Under the pieces are notes generated by a model. It was not told where the DNA came from. It saw only the letters and a list, made by a program, of their open reading frames with translations, and made no database searches. Made by a program: the position numbers and the translations under genes. A stretch of 64,000 nucleotides of DNA from Azolla caroliniana (lineage: Eukaryota > Plantae > Polypodiophyta), in contig JBHGNT010000002.1 of the NCBI GenBank assembly GCA_043228905.1, positions 2,356,001 through 2,420,000 on the forward strand, given 5' to 3'. The first letter of the stretch is position 1. The number at the start of each line of letters is the position of its first letter. Of this stretch, positions 51,301-63,800 are shown piece after piece.

Positions 51301-52113
51301 CACCCGGAAGGAGTTAATCATGTGGGTAGCCTCGGGGCGTCCTATTAGATAATCAACTGTGCTTTCCCCTCCTCCATGTGGGAAACATGTGAGCTCTTCC
51401 GAGCCCGACCACTTGGCTAAACCATTATATATGACCATCTGGTGCCGACTGCCAAGTTCGAGCAAATGATGGCCAAAGCTTGTGGCGTCCACACCTTGAT
51501 CCTTTGATCTACGTGTGGTGCCTATGTCTAAAGGATCAACATTTACCATTTCTAGGTTTCTATTCATTTGAAATATTGTGCATTGTCGAGATTGGGTTCT
51601 CGCATTAAAGTCTCCTACAAGGAATACTTCTCCCTAGGAAGAATATCATATTATGTCATCCGATAGAGGTTCATATGGGGAAGGCCCGTGTGGCACTCCT
51701 TCATCAACTAATCTCGCCTCGCTAGCCAGATTATAACGAGAGCCCTTTGGGGGGAAGTAACAAATGGCGAAAAATACTGCCTTGTCCTTGCTTGTGGAGA
51801 CTTTCACCCACATAAAACGAGCTTTTGGGTCTGTGCTCAGTATTTCGATCCTATTATGTAGCTCTCTCCGAAACAATATTGTGACACCTCCAAATCCCCT
51901 GGTAGTGCATCAACGTGAGGTTTGTCTAAAAGCCGACTCCCAACGAAATCCTTCGACTCTTGGGAGTCCCCTATTTGGGCTTTGGTGTGTTTCTACTAGG
52001 AAAACTATATCTGATACCTTTAGTATCTCCTTTAGGCGGTTGGGGTGTGTCCAGAGTGCGCCGTTGCAATTCCATAAGGTCATCCTAAGTGTGTTTCCTG
52101 TCACATGGGCCAC
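48370..52113 (-). pseudogene. LINE ORF2 (AP endonuclease, reverse transcriptase, C-terminal Cys/His motif), several stops and frameshifts
   Basis: WNCNG, VETH, GDFNA, STVDY, ADH; FVDFRKA.D, GVKQGCPLSP, LLYADD (49927-49938), YVYLG; CRLC..EDEYHF..CPTY. Confidence 0.9.
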
Positions 52114-52119
52114 ACGTCG

Positions 52120-52932
52120 TCAATTAGTAGTGCGATAATTTATTATCACTTTCCCATCTCGATAAAAGGCGTGATGCCCTTCTTTACGAGCTTGCATAAC
52201 TTGTGGCATACAACTCTTGCGATGCTCAATTTGCATATTGGTGAGGTCTTCATCGAGATAGATAGGGTCCCCACCCAATCCTCGAAGAATTGGTCTCTTC
52301 TTAAAGAAAGTGATTCTAGAGTCTAAGTCTTTAAATTGAAGAACTAAGGCTCTCTTCCTAGTTGTGTCGCGTCCGGCCCTCCAAGCTTTGGTGATAGGTA
52401 GAGCCGCTGTGTACCCTAACATTTTCCCGAGTGTTTGTGCATCCTCGTCCGGGGATGCACCTTCCTTGAGTCCAGTGACACGTACATTCAGGCGTCGGGC
52501 CTGACGCATCTTCTCCTCTTCAAGGGTGGTATTAACAATATTTTCATCTTTTATTTCTTTTTTAATGTTTCTTTTAACCACATCTACCCAACCCGTTTTT
52601 GCTAACTCTATGTTATTTTTAACTTCTTCTTTAACTTTCTTGATCTCGTCTTTTATATCCTCTATGGAAGATATTTCACCGTCCTCTCGAGATTTCTCGA
52701 TGTCATTAAGTTGTTTTTTGAGGTTGGTGTTTTCCTCTTTAAGTTTTTCTATTTCGGCCTTGAGGGCGTCTTTTTCCTCTCTATCTTTTTTCTTGTGGGT
52801 TTCGGCGTCTTTCACCCATTTTTTCATATCCATCTCTATTTTTGTTAAATGATTAAACATATCTAAAAAGTCCTCTTTACTTATAGCCTCGTCTCGTATA
52901 TCCTTATGTTCCTTAGTTCGCTTAGACGCCAT
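52120..52932 (-). CDS. LINE ORF1 (coiled coil + RRM-like domain)
   Basis: Intact 270-aa ORF, heptad E/K-rich N-half, RRLNVRVTGL...IYLDEDLT motif. Confidence 0.85.
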   Translation of the reverse strand: MASKRTKEHKDIRDEAISKEDFLDMFNHLTKIEMDMKKWVKDAETHKKKDREEKDALKAEIEKLKEENTNLKKQLNDIEKSREDGEISSIEDIKDEIKKVKEEVKNNIELAKTGWVDVVKRNIKKEIKDENIVNTTLEEEKMRQARRLNVRVTGLKEGASPDEDAQTLGKMLGYTAALPITKAWRAGRDTTRKRALVLQFKDLDSRITFFKKRPILRGLGGDPIYLDEDLTNMQIEHRKSCMPQVMQARKEGHHAFYRDGKVIINYRTTN

Positions 52933-53302
52933 TGTAGTGTCAATAAGAAAAAAAAGATAAAATAAATGGGTTCGAGACTTAGCCGAGTTTGTGTGTATGT
53001 CGTAGTCACATCGGCATTTTGTACGCGATGAGCACGCTAAAAGAACCCACCAATGGAGGAAGGATGTGCCGCTAAGAAAAGAAACACATCACTAGGCAAC
53101 GTCAAGAACAAGAAAGAGAAGAACACGGTAGCACTACAATACGACCGTCGATGGCAACGACGACGGACAACGACGAATAGTGACAAACAGCCCGAGGCGA
53201 CAACGCGGCAACAGGTCGTGCAGCACACAGACAGCGACAGACGGCAACAAACGGCGACAGAAGTCACAAGCGGCAGCGCGGCAATAGACGATAGCACGAC
53301 GC

Positions 53303-53367
<65 letters not shown>

Positions 53368-53552
53368 CAGCACGGTAGCAGGTGGCGACAGACGTTGTAG
53401 ACGGCAGCAGACGACGGCGCGACAGCAGCAGACGACATCACGATCGTTGCACGACCAACAGAGAGAGAGAGAAAGAGAGAGAGAGAGGGGGGGGGGATTT
53501 CTCGATTGCTCGTTGAGGACGAGAGAGAGAGAGAGGCAGGGAGGGAGGGAGG

Positions 53553-53601
<49 letters not shown>

Positions 53602-53605
<4 letters not shown>

Positions 53606-54191
53606 CAGTTGGTAAGGTTGCCCAATGGAGACCAAGTGGTCATGGGTTTAACCCCTACATTCCACAGTGGCATCTAGTGAATTAAGAGATATATAAGAAG
53701 TATACCCAATGGAGACCATGTGGTCATGGGTTCAACCCCTACATTCCATAGTGGCATCTAGTGAATTAAGAGATATATAAGAAGTATACCCAATGGAGAC
53801 CAGGTGGTCATGGGTTCAACCCCTACATTCCACAGTGGCATCTAGTGAATTAAGAGATATATGGTCATGGGTTCAACCCTTACATTCCATAGTGGCATCT
53901 AGTGAATTAAGAGATATATAAGAAGTATACCCAATGGAGATCAGGTGGTCATGGGTTCAACCCCTACATTCCACAGTGGCATCTAGTGAATTAAGAGATA
54001 TATAAGAAGTATTACCCAATGGAGATCAGGTGGTCATGGGTTCAACGGGTTCAACCCCTACATTCCATAGTGGCATCTAGTGAATTAAGAGATATATAAG
54101 AAGTATACCCAATGGAGATCAGGTGGTCATGGGTTCAACCCCTACATTCCACAATTGCATCTAGTGAATTAAGAGATATATAAGAAGTATA
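53602..54191 (+). repeat. tRNA/SINE-derived 84-bp tandem array (~7 units)
   Basis: A-box-like agctcagttgg at 53602; units start at 53621, 53705, 53789, ~53861 (truncated), 53930, 54015 and 54108, each with B-box-like gggttcaacccc. Confidence 0.8.
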
Positions 54192-55162
54192 TAATAGAGA
54201 GGTGAAGAAGTTGGGTTTCGAACCCACAACACAGTGCTTGTAGTGCTAACAACTTACGACTAAGGTAAGGTAATTACAATAAAGAGAGAGAGATTATGTC
54301 ATTGGAAAGCCATGTTCGCGACGTGTCTTTGTTTCAACGAAGTTTTGCATTTGCGTTCATATGGATATTATAGGCTATTGACTCAAGAAACTACCAAATA
54401 CCCTATTGACGGTGAGTCGGGAGAGAGTGGTGGTCAATCACTCTTGAGGTACTAACTTTACTTACCTTGACTAAAATGAATTGTCTTTCACCTCTCTCAA
54501 AGGTTACCGTCACCAAGAAGTTCACTCATGCCCCCATTAAGGCTTCAATGTTAGATATGTAAATAAGTGAAACGATGAAGAATAACATGGGGATGGTGTT
54601 CATCTATGGGGTTGAAGGGGTATCATCTTCAACTGAACATTAGTTACCTATCCATCCCAACTATTGGTATCAACGTGAAGGATTTAGGGTTGATGAATTT
54701 TTCCTACTAATTTTCGCAACAACTTAAGCATATGACCATATGACATTATTCTTGATGTTGCCCGCTAATTTCTGATGCAATGTAATTGTTGAGTTGCAAT
54801 GTCCTTTCGTTGTCTACCAATTTTTCATAGAAAAAAAAAACCACGACTTTTGTCTTTGAGCAGTTCTTTCAAATCGAGCATTGAACTCAAGCTCTCATTT
54901 CAAGCATTTGACTTGATTTGACTTGAGCCTTCAGCTCACCCATAATCAAAATAAAAAAATTAGCTCTAGAACTACATTAACCTTAGAACATTGTATTCTC
55001 CTTGAACATCGCATTGTTCTCGAGGATTTCTCTAGAGCATTGTTTGTTTTTTTAGTGTTGTTATTGAGGATCCAAAAAGAACAAATTTGTCAGGGGCACA
55101 CCAACCATGGACTACGATGGAGCATGGATGACGAGGCTACGAGGCTAGGAACTCTAGAAGTT

Positions 55163-55660
55163 GTGAACGACAAGACTATGAACATAGTAATCTAAGGTTA
55201 ACTGGAGAGCATGAAGAAAAATATGAAGATCAAGGAGCCAATATGGCAGGAAATGAGAATACTAAATTGATGTGTCAATGACTGGTGTTGAATCCCTTGA
55301 AAGGGACCAAGGAGGTTACAAGTATTTATACAAGTTCTGAGATTGAATATCTCTAGAATATACCCCTCTAGAATACACCATAGAATATTTTTAGAATATA
55401 CTAATTTAAGCTAGAATATTTTGAAATGTATTATATGCTAGACTATACAATACTAAAGTATATATATAAATATATGCTCATATCCAAATGGTTGAGCATG
55501 ACATCTTGTTGACGTGAGGTTGAAGGTCCAATCCTCACTAACCACATATTTTATGTCACTGTGTTGCGACATTATCCTCCCCTTTACAGTTGCCTTTTCG
55601 AACATTATCCTCCCCTTTACAACTACCTTTTCGAACACTATTCTCCCCTTTACGACCGCC
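55163..55660 (-). mobile_element. 3' LTR and triplicated PPT of an older chromovirus-like element
   Basis: LTR-like segment ending ttgcgaca at 55571, sharing actgg.gttgaa and tctagaat motifs with the neighbouring LTR; three 33-bp units containing aaaggggag (minus) at 55569-55660; left boundary approximate. Confidence 0.5.
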
Positions 55661-58600
55661 TGTCAGGAACAGTACTAAGACAAAGAAGGAATTAGTACTA
55701 AAAGAAGTATTAGTACTAAGAGAGATGAAGAACTCTCGAGAGAAGGAAAGAGTGAGTGAGTGAGAGAGAGAGAGAGTGTGTGTGTGTGTGTGATGATAAG
55801 AAAAGATATATATTATGTGAAGGAAATGTACATTAGCTAGGAGGCTTAAGACTGGCGTTGAACCGATTTGGTTCGAAATAATGCCTTGTGCCTCCTTTTA
55901 TAATGTTCTAAGGAATACTCCTAAAGTTTCTAGAATGTTCCAGAAAAATCTGGAATATACATCAATTTTCTATAATAAAACATAAATGAAAATAATGTTC
56001 TACGTATTACAATGTATAGTCTAATGGTCAAGAGCTCGACCCATGTAGCCTAAGGTCATGGGTTTGAGTCTTGCCATATCATGACACTATCCCCCCTTTA
56101 AAATGACGAGTGTAACGAGTCGTTTTGGATTGAGGACCTGGTTTGTCTGGATATTGACGATGGAAGTCTTCAAGAAGAGCACGAGCATTGGTGACATTCT
56201 CTATTGGTTCCCAAGTACGCTCACTGGGACTATATCCTAGACAATCGACTAGATAGTAGAGCTTGTTGCGAACAAGCTTGGAATCAAGGATGGCGGCAAC
56301 CTCGTACTCAGGTCCATCTTCAAGCTCGATCGGGGGTGGAGGCTGTGTAATACGTCCTGGGATGGTGCTCTCTTGATAGGGTTCGAGGAGAGAACTATGA
56401 AACACCAGGTGTATCATAAGTTGTGGAGGTAGATCAAGACGAAAAGCGACATCATTAATCTTTCCTATAATACGGAAAGGACCTAATCGTCGATAATCCA
56501 ACTTCTCGCATGGGCGAGTAGTCTTGATGTGTCGTCAGAGTAGCCATACCCGATCTCCAATGTTAAAACTAGATGGGAGTCGATGACGATCCGCATAAAC
56601 CTTGTGTGTTTGTTGAGCTTGTTGGAGATGAGTAGATAAATCCGCTTGTATCTTGCGTAACCTCTCCAAACGATCCTCTGCGCAAGGATTTGTGGACACC
56701 TCTAGGGTTTCAAGTACACACCACCGGGGGTGACATCCCGTATAAGCATAAAATGGCGTAACTTTAGTGGATGCGTGGATAGAGTTGTTATAGGCAAATT
56801 CGGCGAAGTGGAGAATATCTGCCCAGTCATCCTGATGATAGCTGAGAAAGCACCGTAGATACTGCTCCAGCGTTTGATTGATTCGTTCGGCTTGGCCGTC
56901 GGTTTGTGGGTGGTAACCGGAGGAGAGGTTACAAGTGACCTTGAGCATGTTAAAAAGGTGCTTCCAGAATTTTGACACGAACTAGGGTCCACGGTCGTTG
57001 ATGATACTATCGGGAAGTCCATGATGCCGACATACTTCACGCATGACAATTTCGGCAGTGTCTTCACTGGAGATCTCCTTAGTACATGGTAAGAAATGAG
57101 CCATCTCCGTATATTGATCGACCACCGTTAGAATCGCATTGAACCCCTTAGAGACTGGAAGATCTGTGATGAAGTCTAGAGCAATGGATTGCCACGGCTT
57201 GCTTGGAATTGGTAATGGTTCTAATAAACCATATGGATGATGCCTTGGCATTTTCTCTCTACAACATGTATCACAAGTCCGAACAAAATCCTCGACAAAT
57301 TGTCGCATGTAGGGCCACCAGAATGATCGTTGTACTAAATGTAATGTTTTAGTACTACCAAAATGCCCAGATGTATATGTGTCATGACAGTTTTGTACTA
57401 CTTGAAGGCGGCAAAAACCATTAGGAACATACAAAAGTTCTTTAAAGAAGAGTAATCCATCATGGTATTTGAATTGTCGATAGTCCGTACTTGGTGGTTG
57501 CGACTGTGAACACGACGCTCGAGAGGGATCAATTTGTGCTAGTATAGCTTGGGCAAACGCATCTGTCTTCAAGTCTTCGCGTATGGTATCGATAACGCGG
57601 GAATCCATGGGCATGTCAAAGATCTGTGTTGCTTGTGGTTGTGCCGGTCCCAAGATGACTTGTTTTTGGTTATCGAAAGCTAGCTCGCCGGGACGAGGTG
57701 CTAGATACGAACGTCGTGATAATGCATCTGCCTTCCCTTGGGGTCAGTTTCCTTTTAATGAAGTAAAATCCACTGCTTCCCTGGACGATATGTAATTTTG
57801 AATTCGAAACGCGTGAGGAAGTGGGCCCACCGAGCTTGACGTCGATTCAACACACGAGCATCCTGAAAGTAGGCAAGGTTCTTGTGGTCACTAAATACGG
57901 TGACCGGATGAGAGGATCCCTCCAAAAAATGCCTCCAGAAAATGCCTCCACTATTGCCAATAGCTCCTTATCATGAATTTCGTAGTTGATTTCAGCGGCG
58001 TCAAACTTGCGTGAGTGAAAAGCCACAGGATGTAGCTTCTCATCATTCCTCTGTTGTGACAGAATGCTCCCCAATGCAAAATTTGATGCGTCAGCTTCGA
58101 TAATGAATTGGAGCCGATGTAAATGCCTTTTTAAGACTCTCGAAAGCCATGTCCGTTTCTTCGGACTAGATGAACGGTTGTCCCTTCCTGGTAAGTTGTG
58201 TGAGAGGTAGAACGATCTTTGAGTAATCTTGTATGAACTTCCGGTAAAAATTGGCAAAGCCTAGGAAGCATTGCACATCCCGCACCGAACGCGGAGTCTG
58301 CCATTCTACCACCGTTTTGACCTTAGCTGGGTCCATGGAGATGCCTTCTGACGAAATGATGTAGCCGAGAAATTCCACTTGGTTGCACCCGAAACTACAT
58401 TTTTCCAGCTTTGCATACAGACCATGTTCTCGAAGTCGTTTTAGTACTAATAGTACATGAGAATCATGTTCTTCTTGGGTCTTTGAATAAACCAGTAGAT
58501 CATCCAAATAGATGATCAAACAATCATCCAATAGATCTTGGAATATATCATTAGCCATGTGCTGGAAGACTGTCGACGCATTAGTGAGGCCGAATAGCAT

Positions 58601-60875
58601 GACCGTATACTCGAAGTGCCCATATCTGGTGCGAAACGCGGTCTTCGATTCGTCTCCTGGTCGGATCCGTACGAGGTTATATGCTCCCCGTAAGTTGATC
58701 TTCGTGAAGAACCTGGCACCATTGATCCGTTCTAAAAGACTTGAGATAAGGGGAAGAGCATACCTATTCCTTATTGTAACCTTATTCAGGCCACGGTAAT
58801 CTACAACGAGACGAAGCGATCCATCCTTTTTCTTGACGAAGAAAATGGGCGCGCCGGTTGGAGATTTCGAATGCCGAATGAAACCATTTTCCAAATTCTC
58901 CTCTATATAGGCCCGAAGGACTTCCAGCTCGGTTGGTGACAAATTGTAGATCGGTCCCCATGGCGGTTCTTTTCCCGGTTGTAAATCGATGGGGCAATCG
59001 TACGGTCGATGATGAGGAAGTGTGTTGGCTTGTACTTTATCGAACACATCGGCATAATGACGATACTTCTCAGGAAGTTGAACGGTGGATTCTTCTTTAA
59101 TGGTGCTGGAGGGGTTTACTGATATTGCAAAGAGGAACATTTCCTCCTTGCGCCCTTCTTTACGCAACTGACGTAGCGAAATGGTTGCCATCTTTTGAGT
59201 TGACCCTTGGGTTTGTCGACACCGGATTTCTCTTGTTCTCCAATCTATGTCTGGGTTATGTAACTTGAACCATGGTAGTCATAAAACTATGGGATGTTCT
59301 GGGATACTAATAATATTAAATGATACTACACATGCTAAGTTATCTAGGACAATATTAATGGGCTCTGACTCTTCTATGATATTTCCGGAAGCAATGGGAC
59401 GTCCATGAATGACTACTACAGAGGCTGGGCACTGGAGTTTTCTTAGGGATATCTTATGAGCTTGAGCAAATTTCTTATCCATAAAGCAAGAGTTAGCTCC
59501 GGAATTTAGGAGTGCTAGGACATGTACTGGAGGGGTACTTTTAGTACTAACTATTACTTGGGCTACGAACACATCACTCACTTGCTTAGAGGGAATGGAA
59601 CCACTAATGGGATGCACAGATCTAGGGCTGTCCAACCAAACGGCTCCTATTTTGGCTGGACTTAGTCGTTTAACTCTTCTTCTAACTAACTAAGGACATC
59701 AAATCTGTTCGCTAGATCTGGGCTATTAGTACTATTAGGACTATCAGATATCCCTACTGAAATAGGCTCGGGTTTAGTACAATTAGAACTAGCGACTATT
59801 TGGTTTACCTGTCTTCTTGGCCTATGGGGGCAATTTATTGCAATATGTCCTAGTTCACCGCAGTAAAGACATAGTCGATTTGTACGACGTCGCTGCTTTT
59901 CTTCTTCGGATAATGGCCCTCGACGACGTGTAGTGTCAATCTCCATCGGAGTCGGAGTATTTGCTAGAGGCGCATTATATGACTCCCTCAAAAAAGGTCT
60001 TGCTACCACTGAGGCTTAGGTGGGCTCTGATCTTGCCCTCGGCATCTGTAGTTGTCGTTCCGAACGTCGCTCAAAGAGGCGGTTGTCACATCTCACTGCG
60101 CGACTGATTGCTTCTGTTAAGGACTTTGGCTCTTCGGGGAAGGTCAAGAGTAAATCCTTGACGTCGTTGCGTAAACCATAACGGAATTGCTCCATCAATG
60201 CTTGATCATCCCAAGGGATATTGGCGGCGAGTAGGCAAAAATCTGCAGCGTATGCAGAGGTTGGATGGTCACCTTGGCGTAATCGTCGAATTTTGTTGAT
60301 TGTGGTCCTGATGCTGTTAGTATCTCTGAAACATGCTTTAAACTCACCTAGAAACTCTTCAAAATTGTTGAGTAACGGAGATTCCTTTTCTAATAGTGGA
60401 GCGAACCATGCCAACGCTGAGCCACTTAACAAAGTGCCTACTAAACCCACTCGTGATCGGTGGGATTTCGGGAAGGATGCATTTGAATAACTAATCGCAC
60501 CTGGTTAAGGAACCCTCTAAACTGTGATCGCGTTCCATCGAACTTCGTGGGAAGGGCAATCTTGGGTTCTTTATGAATCCCTTGTGTTCCGGGCCCTTGT
60601 TGTTGCATCGCTACGATGGTCGCTTCAAGTTGTTGCACGCGTTACGCAAGTTCCCCATGTTGTTGTTGCGTTTGCTGTTTTTCTAAGGAGATTTGCTGAA
60701 GATCCCCCAGCAACCGTTGGTTTTCTTGTTCCAAAGCATGGAACTTCTCTTTCACACATTGAAATTCCGAGAAAACAGATTGATATTCTTCAACGCTAAC
60801 AGTGGCCATTGTTAACTCTTCGGGCCGGACAATGGCCTAACACAGGGTGTCTACGGGAGACACTTCACCAAAGGG
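55661..60875 (-). mobile_element. Chromovirus (Ty3/Gypsy, Tcn1-like) E: 3' LTR plus degenerate gag-pol, interrupted by element C
   Basis: LTR 55661-56086 (TGTCA...TGACA); PPT aaaggggggatag; gag (PMEID, CLYCGELGHIAINC), PR LLNSGA, RT YLDD, RH ADAS, IN, chromodomain EYEVAAILDS..YLV.C.GY...TWEP; many frameshifts. Confidence 0.9.
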
Positions 60876-63800
60876 TGTTACGGCAACCGGATTAGACTTC
60901 AACGCTTAATCCGACTTAATCAAGTTACTTATTAGGATCGTCTTCATAACACGCGTAAGATATAACAATTAAGACAGAACGGCAATTGACACAGAGATAT
61001 AACAACACTTAAGCTTTCATTAATTAACCGCTAACTATTACATTGTATCCGGGCCTTTAAATAGGTTTCCGGTCTGTATTACAAAACAGTGCCATCCGCA
61101 CCTGTTCAGGATCGGTCCGGATCCGGAATGGCATACCGATTCCGGTCCGTCCGTCCACACTCATAGCTTAATTACAACCACATTCCTACTACTTAATTAG
61201 CTCTTCGTTTCCCACTCTGGACTCCTTTGCCGGCCGGTAACACATGGCATGCCCGTGGGACAGTACCTTGTACGTCGAATCCACAACCGACCCTTGCTAT
61301 TCTTCGTCCAAAATGTCCAGAATGCTCTGTTCGAGAGGCTCCAATGGTTCATCTGGAAGTGGTTGTTGTTGTTGCTGCTCTGTTGCTGTCTGCTGCGGTG
61401 GGTCCGTTGGTGGTTGCTGCGGCTGCTCCTCCGTTTGTGGCTCTGACACCGGCGTCTCCGTCGTTGCTCCCTGCGTCGTGATGGTCTCCGGTTGACTAGT
61501 TCCCGGCTGGCCCTCAGCCGACGACGGTTCCTCATCACTAAGGTTAACCGTTGTCGCTTCCTGTGCTTTTTCTTCCCGTACCCGGGACCGCTCGTAGCTT
61601 TCAAACTGGATTTGAGCGTCCAGCCTATCATCGTCCAGCTGAGCTACGAGCTGTCTGACCTGCGCCAGCTGTTCATCTGCCAGGACTTGGAAGTCGTCGG
61701 CCAGCTCGTCCCGTATGGCGGTGAAGTCCTCGGAAGTCAGTGTATAACAGTCATCTCCTTCCTTCCGCCAGTTTGCCACATCCGCCTGTAGCAACTGGAG
61801 TTCCGCCGCGTTTTGTGCCCACTTTGTCCACCATTTTACGGAGCTTTCATCAATCAAGTGCTTCGTCTGATTCAGCCATGCCCGGAGGATGGACTGAATC
61901 CGGCTCGTTCCCAATTGCGATTTGGTTTCTGCCGCTTGCCGTTCCTCCTTCAGTTGTTTGATGATTTTTACGTTGTCCTCCGCCTGCGCCTTGTAATGCG
62001 TCAATTGCCTTTGATATGTACTTTGTAATTTCTGCAATACTGTAGACACTCTCTCTTTGTCTTCCTGCTGCTGCTTCTGGAGCTCCATCCGGACCTTCTC
62101 CGCCTCTTCCAAGCATCTTGTATTTTCCGCCCGTTCGTCGACGATCGCCGTTGCGGCCCGATCAACTGCCTGCTGGAGCTCGGCCATCCGTTCTTTATGC
62201 TCTATTTCCAGCCGTTTGTAGTTCCGGTGCAGGTGCTCAAAATCATCCGTCTTTTGCTTGAGCCGTGCGTTGATCTGACGACGGGCCCGGTCCTCGCAAT
62301 CCTTCTGCTGGCGGAGCTCTTCCTTTAGCCGTTCTATCTCTGTTTCCGCCGTTTTCCGCAGCTTGTCCTTTTACTGCAGCACTTTATCTTTCTCCTCCTT
62401 TAGCCGGTCGTACGCTTGATGGCCTTTCCGGAGGCTCTCCTCTGCCCGGCGGAGGTTCTCAGCAGTCTTCTTTAATTCGGCTTCGGCCGCCGTCTTCAAT
62501 TCTCGTTCACGGCTCCTTAGCGCTTCTTGTGCGGCAAGTTCCTCTCTCAATTCCGCAAGCTCCCGAGCTTGCGCCGCATCTCTCGCCGGAACGGTTTCCG
62601 TTGCCGGGGTCTTATTGGTATGTACAGGTCGATCCGTTTCATTATTCTGTACACTTACCGGAGTCACCGGTGATTGGATCCGTATTTTAGCCATCTCTGT
62701 CGTGACCTGATCCAAATCTTTTCCAAGGCACCGGATTATGGATCGGGCCGTCTCTAGTTGTTCGGTTGTGACGAGCAACCGTTCGCTTTGCGCTCTTTCT
62801 TCCGCCTCTATATACCCCACTGCTCCGGCTATCTGTTCGCCTATCCACCGGAGCCACAGGCTACCGGTGCCTTGTTGTGCTTGCACGGAGGTTTGATAGA
62901 TGGGCTCACTTGTAGAGGGGTGGTCCCGCCTGGTTGCGCCGAGTTGCAGTTCCGTTTCTGCCCGTGGACCATCCTGCTGTCCTTGGTCCCCTTGCGCTTC
63001 TTCTTGGCTGACCGAGGGAGGCTGCAGTGACCTTTCCGGCTCTGGCGGAATGGGACTTGCCGGTGTTGTCGGTGGTGCCGGGGCTTCTGTTTCCGGTTCC
63101 TTCTGCACCGGTTCCGGTTCCTTCCTTGGCGTAGGAGTCTCAGTATGGGGAGCCGGTGTTCCCTCCGTCTGAGGGTCCGAACGATTCCCGGCTGTCTCAA
63201 CGGTCCTTGCCGACGACCGTCGCTGGAGGTGCTCCGTAGGCTCCTCCTCTATTTCCTCCTCCTGAGCTCCGGCATTGAGTTTTGCCGCCAAGGGGTCCAC
63301 TTCTCGATTCACCGGTCGGCGGAGTGTGACCTTTACGGGTCGTGCCGGTGGTTCCTCCTGCGCCTCCGTTGGGCGCTTCCGGCTGCCACTTCCTGTTGCC
63401 GCCTGGTCTGCATCCACCGCCTTTCCCTTACTGGCCTTAGAGGCCAACAGCTGTTGCTGTTTGGAAGCCGTCCTTGGGGTGCCGTTCGGCACTCTTCCTC
63501 GCTTCTTGCGCTGGACGGTCTGAACGGGTGGCACCAGCAGGGTGAGCCACTGCGTTACGGCGTGCCATATCCTTCGTCCGTCTCGGCCTTCTTTGCCGTC
63601 TTTGCCTCTGACGATCTCGATCGCCACACACAACCTGTCTGCAATCAATACTGGCCAATCCACCTTGATCCCTTCATAGGTGGCGATGATCATCCCTGCC
63701 CGGTTCTGCGGCATGACAGGGGGTCTAGGGTATACGTGGCCGTATTCATGGAGCACACGAGCAATTTCGCGGAACAGCATATCTCCGCCGCCCTGTGTCC

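Larger units (their letters stand above)
48200..53497 (-). mobile_element. Near full-length two-ORF LINE (RTE-X/CR1-like architecture)
   Basis: ORF1 plus APE-RT ORF2; 5' UTR with (TC)n; flanked by a 38-bp direct repeat tttctcgattgctcgttgaggac(ga)n at 48162-48199 and 53498-53535. Confidence 0.88.

Noticed and set aside
53037-53677. ORFs with SLSLSL/ERERER runs (also 6418-6666, 9606-9887 and 41803-42309)
   Set aside because: Translations of (GA)n/(CT)n microsatellites.
53621-54191. CRISPR-like repeat array
   Set aside because: Units are contiguous near-identical 84-mers with no unique spacers, no cas genes and a eukaryotic context.
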